From positions 29,195-93,194 of the forward strand of contig CAMTJT010000001.1 of NCBI GenBank assembly GCA_947073285.1: 64,000 bases of DNA, read 5' to 3'. Position 1 is the stretch's first letter. Every line of letters starts with the position of its first letter. Positions 31,015 to 41,459 of the stretch are shown here, in pieces. This DNA is from an uncultured Clostridium sp. (GTDB taxonomy: Bacteria > Bacillota > Clostridia > TANB77 > CAG-508). The notes under the pieces are model-generated. The model did not search any database. It saw nothing but the letters and a program-made list of their open reading frames with translations, and had not been told where the DNA came from. The position numbers were made by a program, and so were the translations under genes.

Positions 31015-31893
31015 TTATATTTCTATTAATTCATACTCCCTTGTACCAAATCCTAGCTTTTGTGCTGTTTCTATAGTATGAATTCCATGTTTACTTTCCA
31101 CTCTTTCTACAAAGTGGTTTCTTCCTGGATCTTTTGAAGAATATATTAAGTCAATACAAGCTTGGTCAATTGCTATTGGGTCTATACTTGCAAGAATTCC
31201 AATATCTTTCATACATGGATCTTCTGCCACCGCACAGCAATCACAATCTACTGACAAATTGCACATAATATTAATGTAAGCAATTTTATTTTCAAAGTAT
31301 TTTGCCACTGCTGATGCAGATTCTGCCATTGCTTCTAAAAATTTATCTTGATCAACTCTAAACATTTCTTCTGGAGTTCCCTCTTCATTTCCTATACAGT
31401 GAATATAAATTTTACCATGTCCTGATGCAACCCCTATTGATAATTGTTTTAATGCTCCACCATAACCTCCCATTGGATGTCCTTTAAAATGTGATAACAC
31501 TAACATAGAATCATACTTATCTATATTTTTTCCTACATAATCTTTTTTTATTACCTTTCCATTAGGTATTTCTAACACTTTGTCTGGTCCTTCTGCATCT
31601 AAAATATCTATAGTAAAATATTTACTCCATCCATGATTCTCCATTAATTTCAAATGTTTTTGTGTTGTATTTCTTTCTCCTTCATAGGCAGTATTACATT
31701 CTACCACTGTACCATTTACCTTTTCTACTATTGCTTTTACAAATTCTGGTTTTATATAGTTTTGGTTTCCCTCTTCTCCTGAATGTAGCTTCACAGCAAC
31801 TTTCCCTGGTAAATTTACCCCTAATGTTTCATACATTTTCACAACACTCTCTGGTGTAATTTGCTTACTAAAATATACCTTTGCTTTTTCCAT
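31015..31893 (-). CDS. DUF362 domain protein
   Basis: 292-aa ORF, family assigned from memory. The adjacent ferredoxin gene is a typical neighbour. Confidence 0.6.
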   Translation of the reverse strand: MEKAKVYFSKQITPESVVKMYETLGVNLPGKVAVKLHSGEEGNQNYIKPEFVKAIVEKVNGTVVECNTAYEGERNTTQKHLKLMENHGWSKYFTIDILDAEGPDKVLEIPNGKVIKKDYVGKNIDKYDSMLVLSHFKGHPMGGYGGALKQLSIGVASGHGKIYIHCIGNEEGTPEEMFRVDQDKFLEAMAESASAVAKYFENKIAYINIMCNLSVDCDCCAVAEDPCMKDIGILASIDPIAIDQACIDLIYSSKDPGRNHFVERVESKHGIHTIETAQKLGFGTREYELIEI

Positions 31894-32013
31894 TTTCTAT
31901 CTCATTCCTTTCAGTTGTCTTTTTCAAAAGTTTCTATAGCCATTAAACTCCATCATTTAGCAAATTGTTTATTGTTGTTTTGCTTAACTATTCTGCTTTT
32001 TTATTATTAATTA

Positions 32014-32199
32014 CTATAGTACCAATGCTTTTTTAGGACAAAAATTAGAACATTTACCACATCTTATGCATTTTTCATGGTCTATTTTTGGTGCTTCAAA
32101 TTCATTTTGTGTTAATGCTCCTACAGGGCAAACTTTTACTGCAGGGCATTTATGATTTTGAGGACAATTTTCTATTATTATTGTTAATTTCTTTTCCAT
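32014..32199 (-). CDS. 4Fe-4S ferredoxin
   Basis: 61 aa with two Cys clusters (CPAVKVCP, CIRCGKCSNFCP). Confidence 0.8.
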   Translation of the reverse strand: MEKKLTIIIENCPQNHKCPAVKVCPVGALTQNEFEAPKIDHEKCIRCGKCSNFCPKKALVL

Positions 32200-32355
32200 C
32201 TTTATTTCTATATTTCCTTTCTTTCTAAAGCATCTATTTAATTTTTAAACTCTATTTTTTACTTCTACATTTATCTTTTTCATTTTGTGAATTATGTAGT
32301 TTTGTATATTTTTTATTACTTAAACCTAGGCATATTACATACTGTTTCATTCATT

Positions 32356-32832
32356 TTAGTAAATAGTTTTGTCTTCTTTTTGTGCAAACTTTTTAAATTC
32401 TTTTATGGTTTCTTCTCTATCCATACTAGTTAAATTTAAAATACTATTATCTTGTTTATTTTGTGCTAAGTTTTGGATATATTGATAAATAAAATCATCT
32501 CTAAAGCCAATATCTGCTGCATCTTCTTTAGTATTTCCATAATAAACTTTTTTTATATTTGACCAAATAATAGCAGATAAACACATTGGACATGGATAAC
32601 AAGATGTATATAGTTCACATTCTTTTAAATCATAAGATTTTATGTTTTTACAAGCATCTCTTATTGCCATTATTTCTGCATGTGCAGTTGGATCATTATT
32701 AGCAAGTACGTGATTAGAACCTTTTCCTATTATTTGACCATTTTTTACAACACAGGCTCCAAAAGGACCACCTGCATTTGTTTGCAAATTTTCATCTGCT
32801 AATTCTTTTACTATTTTCATATATTCATTCAT
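32356..32832 (-). CDS. guaD: guanine deaminase (CMP/dCMP-type zinc deaminase fold)
   Basis: 158 aa with GGPFGACVV, DPTAHAEI and CYPCPMCLSAI, similar to B. subtilis GuaD. Confidence 0.75.
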   Translation of the reverse strand: MNEYMKIVKELADENLQTNAGGPFGACVVKNGQIIGKGSNHVLANNDPTAHAEIMAIRDACKNIKSYDLKECELYTSCYPCPMCLSAIIWSNIKKVYYGNTKEDAADIGFRDDFIYQYIQNLAQNKQDNSILNLTSMDREETIKEFKKFAQKEDKTIY

Positions 32833-32971
32833 TATTAACTTATTTTTCCTTTCTTTCCTTACTATTTCATTTTTATATTAGCATTATAGCATAGGGAAAT
32901 TTTGTTTTCAAGAATATAGGTTATGAAAATCTTTATATCTATTTGTATTTTCTAATGTTAAATTTACATAT

Positions 32972-33619
32972 TTATTCATATTCTTCCTCTTTTCTTATTG
33001 GGTGCCTTATAACTGTTTTTAATTTACTTGCATCACATCTTCTTGGATCACTCAAATATATTTCATGATGGTATCTATTATCAGTTATATCTAATTTATA
33101 ACCATTATCTTTCATATATTTGTGCATTAAATTAATAGTAGTGGGTTCTTCATCATAAGATCCTATGTGCATACATTGAACACAAATTCCTTCATCATAA
33201 CTTAAAAATTCTACTTTTGAAAAATCTAGTTTTTTCTTGCTTGTTGCTTCTTCAACCGCCCAATCAAAATCTTTCTTTGTTACGAAGTCTGGTAATCTAA
33301 TAATAGATATAAAGTTCATTTTATCTTTACTATTATAGTCAATACTATCCTTCATCTCATCTTGCCACCAAAATCCTTCAAGTGGTGGAACTACATATTC
33401 AAAATAACCATCTATTTTATGAGTTCCTTTATAACTCATTTTTATAGTAAAAGCAATCGCATATAAAAGTCCTATTGTTTGTTTATACTCTCCGTTTTCA
33501 TCATTAGGGTTGCCTTTACCTCTAACTGCAATATAATTCATTTTAGGAATTTCTACAATGCTTGGTTTATTCTTTGGCATATAAAATTCCTTGTATTCTT
33601 TTTTATAATCAAAAGCCAT
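32972..33619 (-). CDS. GyrI-like small-molecule-binding domain protein
   Basis: 215-aa ORF, family assigned from memory (MNYIAVRGKGNP .. EGFWWQ). Confidence 0.6.
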   Translation of the reverse strand: MAFDYKKEYKEFYMPKNKPSIVEIPKMNYIAVRGKGNPNDENGEYKQTIGLLYAIAFTIKMSYKGTHKIDGYFEYVVPPLEGFWWQDEMKDSIDYNSKDKMNFISIIRLPDFVTKKDFDWAVEEATSKKKLDFSKVEFLSYDEGICVQCMHIGSYDEEPTTINLMHKYMKDNGYKLDITDNRYHHEIYLSDPRRCDASKLKTVIRHPIRKEEEYE

Positions 33620-33620
33620 T

Positions 33621-33872
33621 TTATTTTTTCCTTTCTAATCTTCTATTGCAATATAAATATGAATTATTTAGTACATATTCATCTAAAATTCCTATTCCAC
33701 CATCTTTTCCTTTACTTGCATAAATTGGTATGTTTGCTCTACTTAATGTTTCTATATCTCTATATATTGTCCTTGTAGATACCTCAAACCTATCAGCCAA
33801 TTCTTTAGCTGTAGTCTTTCTCTTTTGCATTAGTATATATACTATTTCAAATAATCTATTATTTACTTTCAT
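33621..33872 (-). CDS. YafY/DeoR-type HTH protein, short form (no WYL domain)
   Basis: CAGGAGG lies before ATG 33872. Contains TAKELADRFEVSTRTIYRDIETL and ends after about 83 aa. Confidence 0.65.
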   Translation of the reverse strand: MKVNNRLFEIVYILMQKRKTTAKELADRFEVSTRTIYRDIETLSRANIPIYASKGKDGGIGILDEYVLNNSYLYCNRRLERKK

Positions 33873-33946
33873 ATTTTCCTCCTGCAAGTATTATAGCATA
33901 TTTATAAGAAAGGTGTGCAAGTTGCTTCGCAACTACACAGACTAAG

Positions 33947-34000
33947 GAAACCTAACCTTGTTGTATAGCAAAAATCTGTGATTTTTCCTATACAATAAAA
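33947..34000 (+). repeat. intergenic palindromic repeat, copy B
   Basis: GAAACCTAACCTTGTTGTATAGCAAAAATCTGTGATTTTTCCTATACAATAAAA. Confidence 0.8.
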
Positions 34001-34039
34001 ATGAACAGATAATTTAACTTCTTATCTACTCTACTTATT

Positions 34040-34057
34040 GTAAGTTGTCGCTTAGAT
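34040..34057. repeat. left arm of an 18-bp perfect inverted repeat
   Basis: GTAAGTTGTCGCTTAGAT is the reverse complement of 38093-38110. It overlaps the stop codon of the RhuM-family gene. Confidence 0.85.
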
Positions 34058-35098
34058 GTTATTTAAATTTTTTGCTTCAGTTAATAATTCATCAAAGTCT
34101 GAAATATAATTTTTATCTTGTATAACTCTATATTTTTCAAATTCTGTTTCAGCATGTAATTTTGCCATCTCAGCTGATATTTTTCCATTATCTTGTAAAA
34201 TATTATGATCCCATAATGTTAAGAATCCATTTAATCGTTCTTCCCAGTCTGTCATTGTCATTGGAATATGTCTTATTGCTTGCATTTCTGCTAAATCTAA
34301 ATATGCTGAAACTAATCTTTCAAGTTGTCCAATTTCAGTTTCTGATAAATAATTTTTTGCAATAACTACATCATATTTATGTATTTTGCTACTTGGTGCT
34401 CCATTCCAAGATGTTAGTCCCATATTTTCTTTTTTATGGTCTGCTCTATTATAAATGATTTCTGCCGCTGTATTTCCTGAAACAGCATAATGTAATTTAT
34501 TTTGAACAGAAGTAAAAAATCTAATTGTTGATTTTGCTGTTTTGTCATAGTCTATTGATGTAGCATAAATGTCAGTAATCTTCTGATAAAACTTTCTTTC
34601 TGACATGCGTATTTCTCTTATTCTTTCTAACTGTTCTTCAAAATATTTTTCAGTTAAAATTGAACCACCATTTTTCAAACGTTCATCATCCATTACCCAA
34701 CCTTTTATAGTATAATCCTTAATGATTTGATTAGCCCATTTTCTAAACTGAATTGCTTTTTCATTATCAACTTTAAATCCAATTGCAATTATCATTTGCA
34801 AATTATAATGAGCAATGTTTCTTGAAACTTCTCTATTTCCTTCTTTTTGAACTATTCGAAAATTTCGAATAGTTGAATCTTCGGTTAATTCTTTATCTTC
34901 ATATATTTTCTTTATATGATAATTTATTGTATTCAATTCAACGCCATAAACAGTAGCCAGCATCTTTTGTGTTAACCAAATATTTTCATCTTCATATCTA
35001 ACTTCTATTGCCTCTGGATTATCTCCAGTTGCTGCTATGTATGTTAAGTATTCAGCTGTACTCGAACGAATAAGACTATCTTCCTTATTTTTCTTCAA
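34052..35098 (-). CDS. RhuM-family virulence-associated protein
   Basis: 348 aa. The N-terminal region IWLTQKMLATVYGVELNTINYHIKKIY .. VSRNIAHYNLQMIIAIGFKV is typical of the RhuM family. Confidence 0.75.
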   Translation of the reverse strand: MKKNKEDSLIRSSTAEYLTYIAATGDNPEAIEVRYEDENIWLTQKMLATVYGVELNTINYHIKKIYEDKELTEDSTIRNFRIVQKEGNREVSRNIAHYNLQMIIAIGFKVDNEKAIQFRKWANQIIKDYTIKGWVMDDERLKNGGSILTEKYFEEQLERIREIRMSERKFYQKITDIYATSIDYDKTAKSTIRFFTSVQNKLHYAVSGNTAAEIIYNRADHKKENMGLTSWNGAPSSKIHKYDVVIAKNYLSETEIGQLERLVSAYLDLAEMQAIRHIPMTMTDWEERLNGFLTLWDHNILQDNGKISAEMAKLHAETEFEKYRVIQDKNYISDFDELLTEAKNLNNI

Positions 35099-35184
35099 AT
35101 AAATCTCTCCAATCTATACTTTTTTAGAACTACTGTTTGTATTTTATAATAAAATAATTGAAATGTCAATATTTTTAGTTAGAT

Positions 35185-36180
35185 TTATGTTACATATTTT
35201 CTATGTGAATTTTTTACATTATTTTGATTTACCATTGCATATTCCATTGTTGTATCTATCTTAATATGTCCCAATAACTTTTGTACTTGTTCAACTGGCA
35301 TACCTTTATCAATAGCCATAGTTGCCATTGTTCTTCTGAATTTATGTGGATGTACTTTGTTTATATTTGCTTTTCTTCCTAAATTTCTAATAGCAATTTC
35401 AATTCCTGATATCCCTAATCTGTTATATGGTTTTATAAGAGATACAAATAATGCTTTATTATTGTCAGTTCTTGTTTCCAAATACTTTTTTATATACATT
35501 TTACTTTTTGCACTAAAATAGACTTCTCTTTCACTATTCCCTTTGCCTAGAACAATACAACTTCTTTTTTGGAAATTCATGTCTACTATATTTAATTTAG
35601 TAAGTTCTCCAACTCTCATACCAGTTGATATTAATAGTTCTAATATAGCTAAATCTCTTACATTTGCACAAGTATCTCTTAATTTTTCTAAATTCTCATC
35701 TGTAAATGTTTCTTTAACTTTTTTAGTTGCTTTTACTTTGTGAATCCTTCTAACTGGACTTTTAACAATATAATCTTCGTTTTCTAACCATGCAAAGAAA
35801 CTTGATAATGTTCTTCTTATATTGTCTATTGTTACCATACCTGCATTTGAATTGTTTTTATAATTAGCCAAGTAATTCCTTAATATTTCAGTAGTAATTT
35901 CATCTATTGGAAGATTTATTGTATCTAGCATTTTGGTTATATTATCTTTATAGTAATTTAAAATTCTAGTAGAACATCCTTCAATTTCTTTAGAAGATAT
36001 AAATTTGTTTAATATATCTGTATTATTCTTTTGTGTTTCTTGCTTTTTAGTTTGTTCTATTATTTTGATTTGATAATTTAAACATATTTCTGTAAGTATC
36101 TCATTTAATTTTATTCTTTGGTTATCATTTAAAAAGTAATTGGTCTTACTAATTACCTCATTGATAAATAACTCTTTCAA
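35185..36180 (-). CDS. site-specific tyrosine recombinase (phage integrase family)
   Basis: 331 aa with GMRVGEL, HPHKFRRT and LGHIKIDTTMEYA (the R..HxxR..Y pattern). Confidence 0.88.
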   Translation of the reverse strand: MKELFINEVISKTNYFLNDNQRIKLNEILTEICLNYQIKIIEQTKKQETQKNNTDILNKFISSKEIEGCSTRILNYYKDNITKMLDTINLPIDEITTEILRNYLANYKNNSNAGMVTIDNIRRTLSSFFAWLENEDYIVKSPVRRIHKVKATKKVKETFTDENLEKLRDTCANVRDLAILELLISTGMRVGELTKLNIVDMNFQKRSCIVLGKGNSEREVYFSAKSKMYIKKYLETRTDNNKALFVSLIKPYNRLGISGIEIAIRNLGRKANINKVHPHKFRRTMATMAIDKGMPVEQVQKLLGHIKIDTTMEYAMVNQNNVKNSHRKYVT

Positions 36181-36240
36181 ATATTTTTTCCTCCTAACAT
36201 AAAAAGAAGAATAGCTTGTTGTTTCTATTCTTCTTCTAAC

Positions 36241-37443
36241 TTATTGTTTTTCCACTAACAACTCAGTTTTTGACATACCATTTTCATTATATTGTATCTC
36301 AATAGCTCCACCTATTGTATCTAATGCTTTTATTTTTTTCAAATCACTTTCGTTATTACTTATTACAGTAACTTTTATATTATTATTATCTTCCATTATT
36401 GCTGATGTTGTTACAAAAGTAAATTCTTTATCTATCATTTTTTTGCTTATCTTACTTTGCAAATCTGTTAAGTAATTATATGAGTGTTTTGCTGTTTTGA
36501 ATATAGTTTTGCCTTCTGTTATTCCTAACAAACTGCATATTTCTTTTCTATTTGCTTCGTTATCTTTGCAAAGTAAAACTACATTATTCCCATTATTATC
36601 TACATACTTTCCTGCATAATAATCTGGATAATTTGTACTTTTAATGTCATTTGATTGTTCTTTTACATTTATATCTTTATCTTCTACTGTTAAATTTTTA
36701 TTATTTTCAGTAAGTATTGACTGTAATAGTTCTAATAACTCATTTTCTGTTATGCCAGTTGTTTCAATATCAAAATATATATCTTTAAAATTGAATGTTA
36801 CAATATACATATCTTTATATTGAGATATTATAAATTCTATATCTCCTATTTTTGAAACTTTATCTCCAACATCTATATAGTAATCTCTTAATGGCTTTTC
36901 TATTTCTGAAAAGGCAATTATTATATTATTCATACTATCTTTTCTATAATTAAATACATAATCGTGTAATACATCATACTCACTTTTATTTATATTACTT
37001 CTAGTATAAATGTTGTAACTACCTTCAATTTTATATTCTTCTGGTATTTTTACATTTTTTATAAATTCAAAATTCTCTGGTAATCTTTCTATTTCTATTG
37101 TTTCTACATCTGCATCTAAGCTGGTCGCTGACATTTCCTTTATTTTATTTATATTTAATTTAATTTCTAGTGATTCATTTTTATTTTGTTTATCACTTTG
37201 TAAATCTGCAATTCCATAAGGATTATCTTGTATTTGATTATCATTAAATATATTTGTGCCTATAATGATTCCAACACCTAAAATAAATACTGCTACACTC
37301 GAAGTTATTCCATAAATTATTTTTCTACTTTTTTTACTTTTCATACCAAACTCCTCTCTGATGTTTGATACAGCTATTTTTTCTTTTACACTCTTTCGTA
37401 TTCTCTCTTTTAAATGATTATTTTCCATAGCCATAACCTCCAT
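36241..37443 (-). CDS. putative anti-sigma factor (single TM, large extracytoplasmic domain)
   Basis: About 400-aa ORF overlapping the sigma gene stop, with a TM segment near residue 50. Confidence 0.5.
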   Translation of the reverse strand: MEVMAMENNHLKERIRKSVKEKIAVSNIREEFGMKSKKSRKIIYGITSSVAVFILGVGIIIGTNIFNDNQIQDNPYGIADLQSDKQNKNESLEIKLNINKIKEMSATSLDADVETIEIERLPENFEFIKNVKIPEEYKIEGSYNIYTRSNINKSEYDVLHDYVFNYRKDSMNNIIIAFSEIEKPLRDYYIDVGDKVSKIGDIEFIISQYKDMYIVTFNFKDIYFDIETTGITENELLELLQSILTENNKNLTVEDKDINVKEQSNDIKSTNYPDYYAGKYVDNNGNNVVLLCKDNEANRKEICSLLGITEGKTIFKTAKHSYNYLTDLQSKISKKMIDKEFTFVTTSAIMEDNNNIKVTVISNNESDLKKIKALDTIGGAIEIQYNENGMSKTELLVEKQ

Positions 37444-37969
37444 CTTCTAAATTTCTTTTTATGATTTTCCTAATTCTATGAAGTATGGTCTTAACATTGC
37501 TTGTGGATAAATTTAACAACTTTGCTATCTCTTTTATTGATTTTGATTCATAATAAAATAATATAAAAATTTCATATTCCTTTGGTTTTACTGCCTTTAA
37601 AGTATCTAACACAACTTTATTCTGTTCATTTTCTTCTGCGATTTTTTCAATATTACAAGTATCAATTAAATTTTCTTCATAATCTGATATAGAAAAATTT
37701 AATTCTGTATTTCTATACTTATTTCTTATCACATTTTTAGCTATTCCTGCTAGATATGGTTTTATTTCTATTGTTTTTAATAAATTACTGCTATTTTTCC
37801 ATATAGCCACAAATACATCTGATATTATTTCTTCTATATCTTCATCTGTTATAGATACACTTACTCCATTTTTTACTATTATATAAACATAGTTATAAAA
37901 ATCATCTAGTATTCTGTCTATATCCAGTATCCCATTTATTAGATAATTATTTAAAATTTCATTTTTCAA
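37418..37969 (-). CDS. ECF-type RNA polymerase sigma factor
   Basis: 183 aa with a region 2 and region 4 pattern (KSIKEIAKLLNLSTSNVKTILHRIRK). Confidence 0.78.
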   Translation of the reverse strand: MKNEILNNYLINGILDIDRILDDFYNYVYIIVKNGVSVSITDEDIEEIISDVFVAIWKNSSNLLKTIEIKPYLAGIAKNVIRNKYRNTELNFSISDYEENLIDTCNIEKIAEENEQNKVVLDTLKAVKPKEYEIFILFYYESKSIKEIAKLLNLSTSNVKTILHRIRKIIKRNLEDGGYGYGK

Positions 37970-38092
37970 TTTAGACCTAAATCTCCTTTTTATTTTGTTA
38001 GCTAACTTTCATATACATAGTAACATTTTTTAAAAAAATGTTACAACTTTTCTAAAAAAATTTTTAAATATAGAGATATTAGATTTTCTAAT

Positions 38093-38110
38093 ATCTAAGC
38101 GACAACTTAC
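38093..38110. repeat. right arm of the 18-bp perfect inverted repeat
   Basis: ATCTAAGCGACAACTTAC. The palindrome AGATATTAG-ATTTT-CTAATATCT precedes it. Confidence 0.85.
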
Positions 38111-38141
38111 TATTTTGTATTTCGATTATATCATATTATAT

Positions 38142-38675
38142 TTATTCTATTTTTATAATATTTATATTAGGTTGTAATAATTCAACTACTGTTCCAGAAT
38201 TGTTTTTTATTCTTAAAACATCTCCACTATTTGCTTTAATAATTACACCAAAATTCAAATTAACTGTTTGATAAGCATTTGTAACAGTTTCACCAACAGT
38301 TGTACCATATACAGTAGCATTGTTATGCTCTAAATAAACTGATAATGTTGTTTCCTTTCCTGTTGATGGCGGTTCATAGATAGTAGTATTAAATTGAATA
38401 TAATAGCTTCCAGCTTTATTAATAATAAAATCTGAACTTTTTTCTTGGTGTGTTATATCATTTTTCTCTATAACTCTATTCGTATCAAAAGTAATATACT
38501 CCCCATCTTGCAATTTTTCAGGTACATAATTAAAACTATTTATGTGAGCAGAATTAGTACCTGATACAATAATTGTCATCGTAATATTCCATATTAATAA
38601 TATTACAATCAGGCTAATACTAATAGTCAAATAATACATATTACATTTCTTTTCACAACAATACAATTTTTTCAC
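38142..38675 (-). CDS. membrane-anchored protein with a C1q/BclA-C-terminal-like beta domain (tentative)
   Basis: 177-aa ORF with an N-terminal TM segment. The motif spacing (G.Y.I.F .. V.GT .. GD.L.I.N) is reminiscent of BclA-C. Confidence 0.4.
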   Translation of the reverse strand: MKKLYCCEKKCNMYYLTISISLIVILLIWNITMTIIVSGTNSAHINSFNYVPEKLQDGEYITFDTNRVIEKNDITHQEKSSDFIINKAGSYYIQFNTTIYEPPSTGKETTLSVYLEHNNATVYGTTVGETVTNAYQTVNLNFGVIIKANSGDVLRIKNNSGTVVELLQPNINIIKIE

Positions 38676-38780
38676 TTCTATTATAGTATATGAAAAAATT
38701 ACAATTTTTCTACTTTACTCTAAATTATTTAGTCTATCAATAAATAAAAATCTTTTTTTAATTTATGTACTGTGATAATT

Positions 38781-39678
38781 TTATGTAACCATATGAACTA
38801 ATTCTATTATAATCTTCAATTTTTTCTCTTCTTGTTTAGCATAAATTTTGCCACCTAATTGCTCTGTAAACTCTTTTGCAATTGCTAACCCTAAACCTGT
38901 ACCGCCCTTTTGTTCTAGAAATATCTACTGTGTAAAATTCATCAAATATTCTACTAATATCTACCTTTTGTTCTAAAGTATTTTCAAAAGATATTTTAAT
39001 TTTATCTTCTACATTTACATTAATTTCTAAATTACTAGTACTATGTTTATAACTATTTCCAATCAAATTATCAAATATTCTCATTAATAATAATTTATTA
39101 GCTGTTATTATAAGCTTTTTCTCATCACAGTTTAATATAATTTTTCTATTTTGTTTTTCAAAATCCTCATAAAAGTTAACAATTGCTTCTTCTAAAACTA
39201 AGTTTAAATTAATGCTTTCCATTTCTGGTATTTGACTCCCTGATACTACTTGTGAAAATTCAAAAAAGGAGTGTATTAATTCTTCTAATTTTTTTAGCCT
39301 TTCTTCAATAACTTTTAACTCTTTTTGCTTTTCTTCTTCACTTAAATTTGATTTTAAAATCATATCAATGTAGCCAAGTGCTGAGGTAAGTGGCGTTCTT
39401 AAATCATGTGAAATATTAATCATCATTTTTTTAAGTTCTTTATCTTTTTTATCATAACTATGTTCTAGCTCTTTTGTTTGTTTTATGAAATTATTTATTT
39501 GGTTAATAATTTGATTCGTACTTTTTAGATTATATTTTGTATGAATAAGGCTATTACTTTTGGCATTTTTAATTACTTCTATTTCTTTTGAAGTATTTTT
39601 TAGTTCCTCGTGTAGTAGCACAATATAGAAAAGTAATATACCAATCATAATTATTAAGCAAACTACTATTAATTCCAT
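38781..39678 (-). CDS. sensor histidine kinase; +1 required at CGG 38902-38904 in the G2 box
   Basis: H-box ISHDLRTPLTS. ORF 38836..39678 ends DISRTKG-R-YRFRV.. The +1 frame gives GTGLGLAIAKEFTEQLGGKIYAKQEEKKLKIIIELVHMVT*, with the true stop at 38781. Confidence 0.85.
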
Positions 39679-39707
39679 AAAAATTTTCCCTTTCTTCTTT
39701 TTTCTAG

Positions 39708-40544
39708 CTATTTTATTTCTGCTTTCTTAAAGGCATAATAGCCAATTACATTAAATACTATTATATATATAATTCCTATCATTGTACAAGTTATTACATA
39801 CTGATTAGTAGGATTATTTACTAAATTACTAAGTGCAAACTGAAATTCATAATCCAAAAACCAATCTGCTTTTATTTTAAATATATTAATAATTGCCATC
39901 CCTATTAATTGTACTACCATAACAAATGGTATTGATATCGTGTTAAATAGTGATGTTTTTCTAAATATACATGCAATGCATACAAGTAAACTAATCATAC
40001 CATATAGAAGCGGTAATTGTAAAATACTTAGTTTGGTAAATTCTAAAATTGGTGTTACAAATTCATTTCCATTTATTATTAAGTTGAAAAAGTAATTAAT
40101 ATAATTATTAAACAATATTAGTATTGTACCTAAAACTAAAATAAGTATTAATTTTGAAAAGTAATATTTCTTTCTAGTAATTGCAGAAGATAAGGTATTT
40201 TTTATAGACTTATTAGAAAAATCTGTTACTAATACAATTACTACTACTACAATAAAAAAGTAATACATATTAGCATTATTACCAATAATATCTTTATCTA
40301 AAGGAAATGCTCCTTTACTTTTCATTAGGTCTCTAAATCCTGTTAGACTTTTTACATTTGATAATTGCTCTATAAATTCTGTATCATTTATATCAAGATT
40401 TGTACTCCCCATTGATATTCCAATATTTCCTGGACTCATTGTAATACTACTTACTAGTGCTAAAAAGATAAGTATTGCAATAACTATATAAATTGCTTTT
40501 TGTTTAAAAATTCTATATAAATCTGATTTTATAATGTTTAACAT
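39708..40544 (-). CDS. ABC-2 type transporter permease
   Basis: 278-aa polytopic ORF abutting the ATPase stop. Confidence 0.7.
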   Translation of the reverse strand: MLNIIKSDLYRIFKQKAIYIVIAILIFLALVSSITMSPGNIGISMGSTNLDINDTEFIEQLSNVKSLTGFRDLMKSKGAFPLDKDIIGNNANMYYFFIVVVVIVLVTDFSNKSIKNTLSSAITRKKYYFSKLILILVLGTILILFNNYINYFFNLIINGNEFVTPILEFTKLSILQLPLLYGMISLLVCIACIFRKTSLFNTISIPFVMVVQLIGMAIINIFKIKADWFLDYEFQFALSNLVNNPTNQYVITCTMIGIIYIIVFNVIGYYAFKKAEIK

Positions 40545-41459
40545 TTATTTAGCCTCCTTTATAATTGATTTAAAATAGTCTTCTAAAGAAATTCCTGTTT
40601 CATTTAAATTTTTAATATTTATATCATTTTGTACTAATACTTTATTTACTCTTTCTATTTGTTCTAAATAATCATAAAGTCTAATTTCTTCATTGTTTAT
40701 TACTTTATAGTTAGTTGTTTTTAATTCTTTTTCTAAAATAACTGTCACTTTTTTCACATCATCTGTTTTGATAGCAATACATTTTGAACATTCATTATCT
40801 AGTTCTTCTTTTGTCATTTCTTTTAGCACTTTTCCATTTTCTATAATACAAAAACGAGTTGCTAATACATAAAGTTCTGACAAAATGTGACTAGATATTA
40901 AAATAGTAATATCTCTTTCTTCATTCAATCTTTTAAAAGTATCTCTTAACTCGCTTATTCCTATTGGGTCAAGTCCATTAATTGGTTCATCTAATATAAT
41001 GAAGTCTGGATTATCTAATATAGCAAAAGCAATCCCTAACCTTTGTTTCATACCTAAAGAAAAATTTTTAAATTTTTTCTTTTTAGTATCTGCTAAATCT
41101 ACTAATTTTAGTGACTCTATAATTTGCTCCTTATTCATAATTCCTTTTTGAATAGTATAATATTTTAAATTTTCATAAGCAGTTAAGTTTGGAAAAAAAG
41201 CTGGATTTTCAATTAAGCAACCTATTCTTCTTTTAGTCTCTTTTAAATCATTATCTTTATGATTAAATAAACTAAATTCTCCACTTGTTTTGTTAGTAAG
41301 TGTTGTAATAACTTTCATTAAAGTGGTTTTCCCTGCTCCATTTCTACCGATAAGCCCATAAATGTCGCCTTTTCTTACTTCAATGTTAACATTATCAAGA
41401 GCTATAAAATCATTATACTTTTTTGTTAAATTGTTAGTTTTTAATATGGTTTCTTTCAT
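40545..41459 (-). CDS. ABC transporter ATP-binding protein (BcrA-like)
   Basis: 304 aa with GRNGAGKTT, FSLGMKQR and IILDEPINGLD. Confidence 0.88.
   Translation of the reverse strand: MKETILKTNNLTKKYNDFIALDNVNIEVRKGDIYGLIGRNGAGKTTLMKVITTLTNKTSGEFSLFNHKDNDLKETKRRIGCLIENPAFFPNLTAYENLKYYTIQKGIMNKEQIIESLKLVDLADTKKKKFKNFSLGMKQRLGIAFAILDNPDFIILDEPINGLDPIGISELRDTFKRLNEERDITILISSHILSELYVLATRFCIIENGKVLKEMTKEELDNECSKCIAIKTDDVKKVTVILEKELKTTNYKVINNEEIRLYDYLEQIERVNKVLVQNDINIKNLNETGISLEDYFKSIIKEAK

Larger units (their letters stand above)
34040..38110 (-). mobile_element. 4.07-kb segment bounded by 18-bp inverted repeats; candidate invertible or mobile cassette
   Basis: The arms flank exactly four genes: RhuM-family, tyrosine recombinase, anti-sigma-like and ECF sigma. 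The arms contain 7 G/C in an AT-rich background. Confidence 0.45.
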
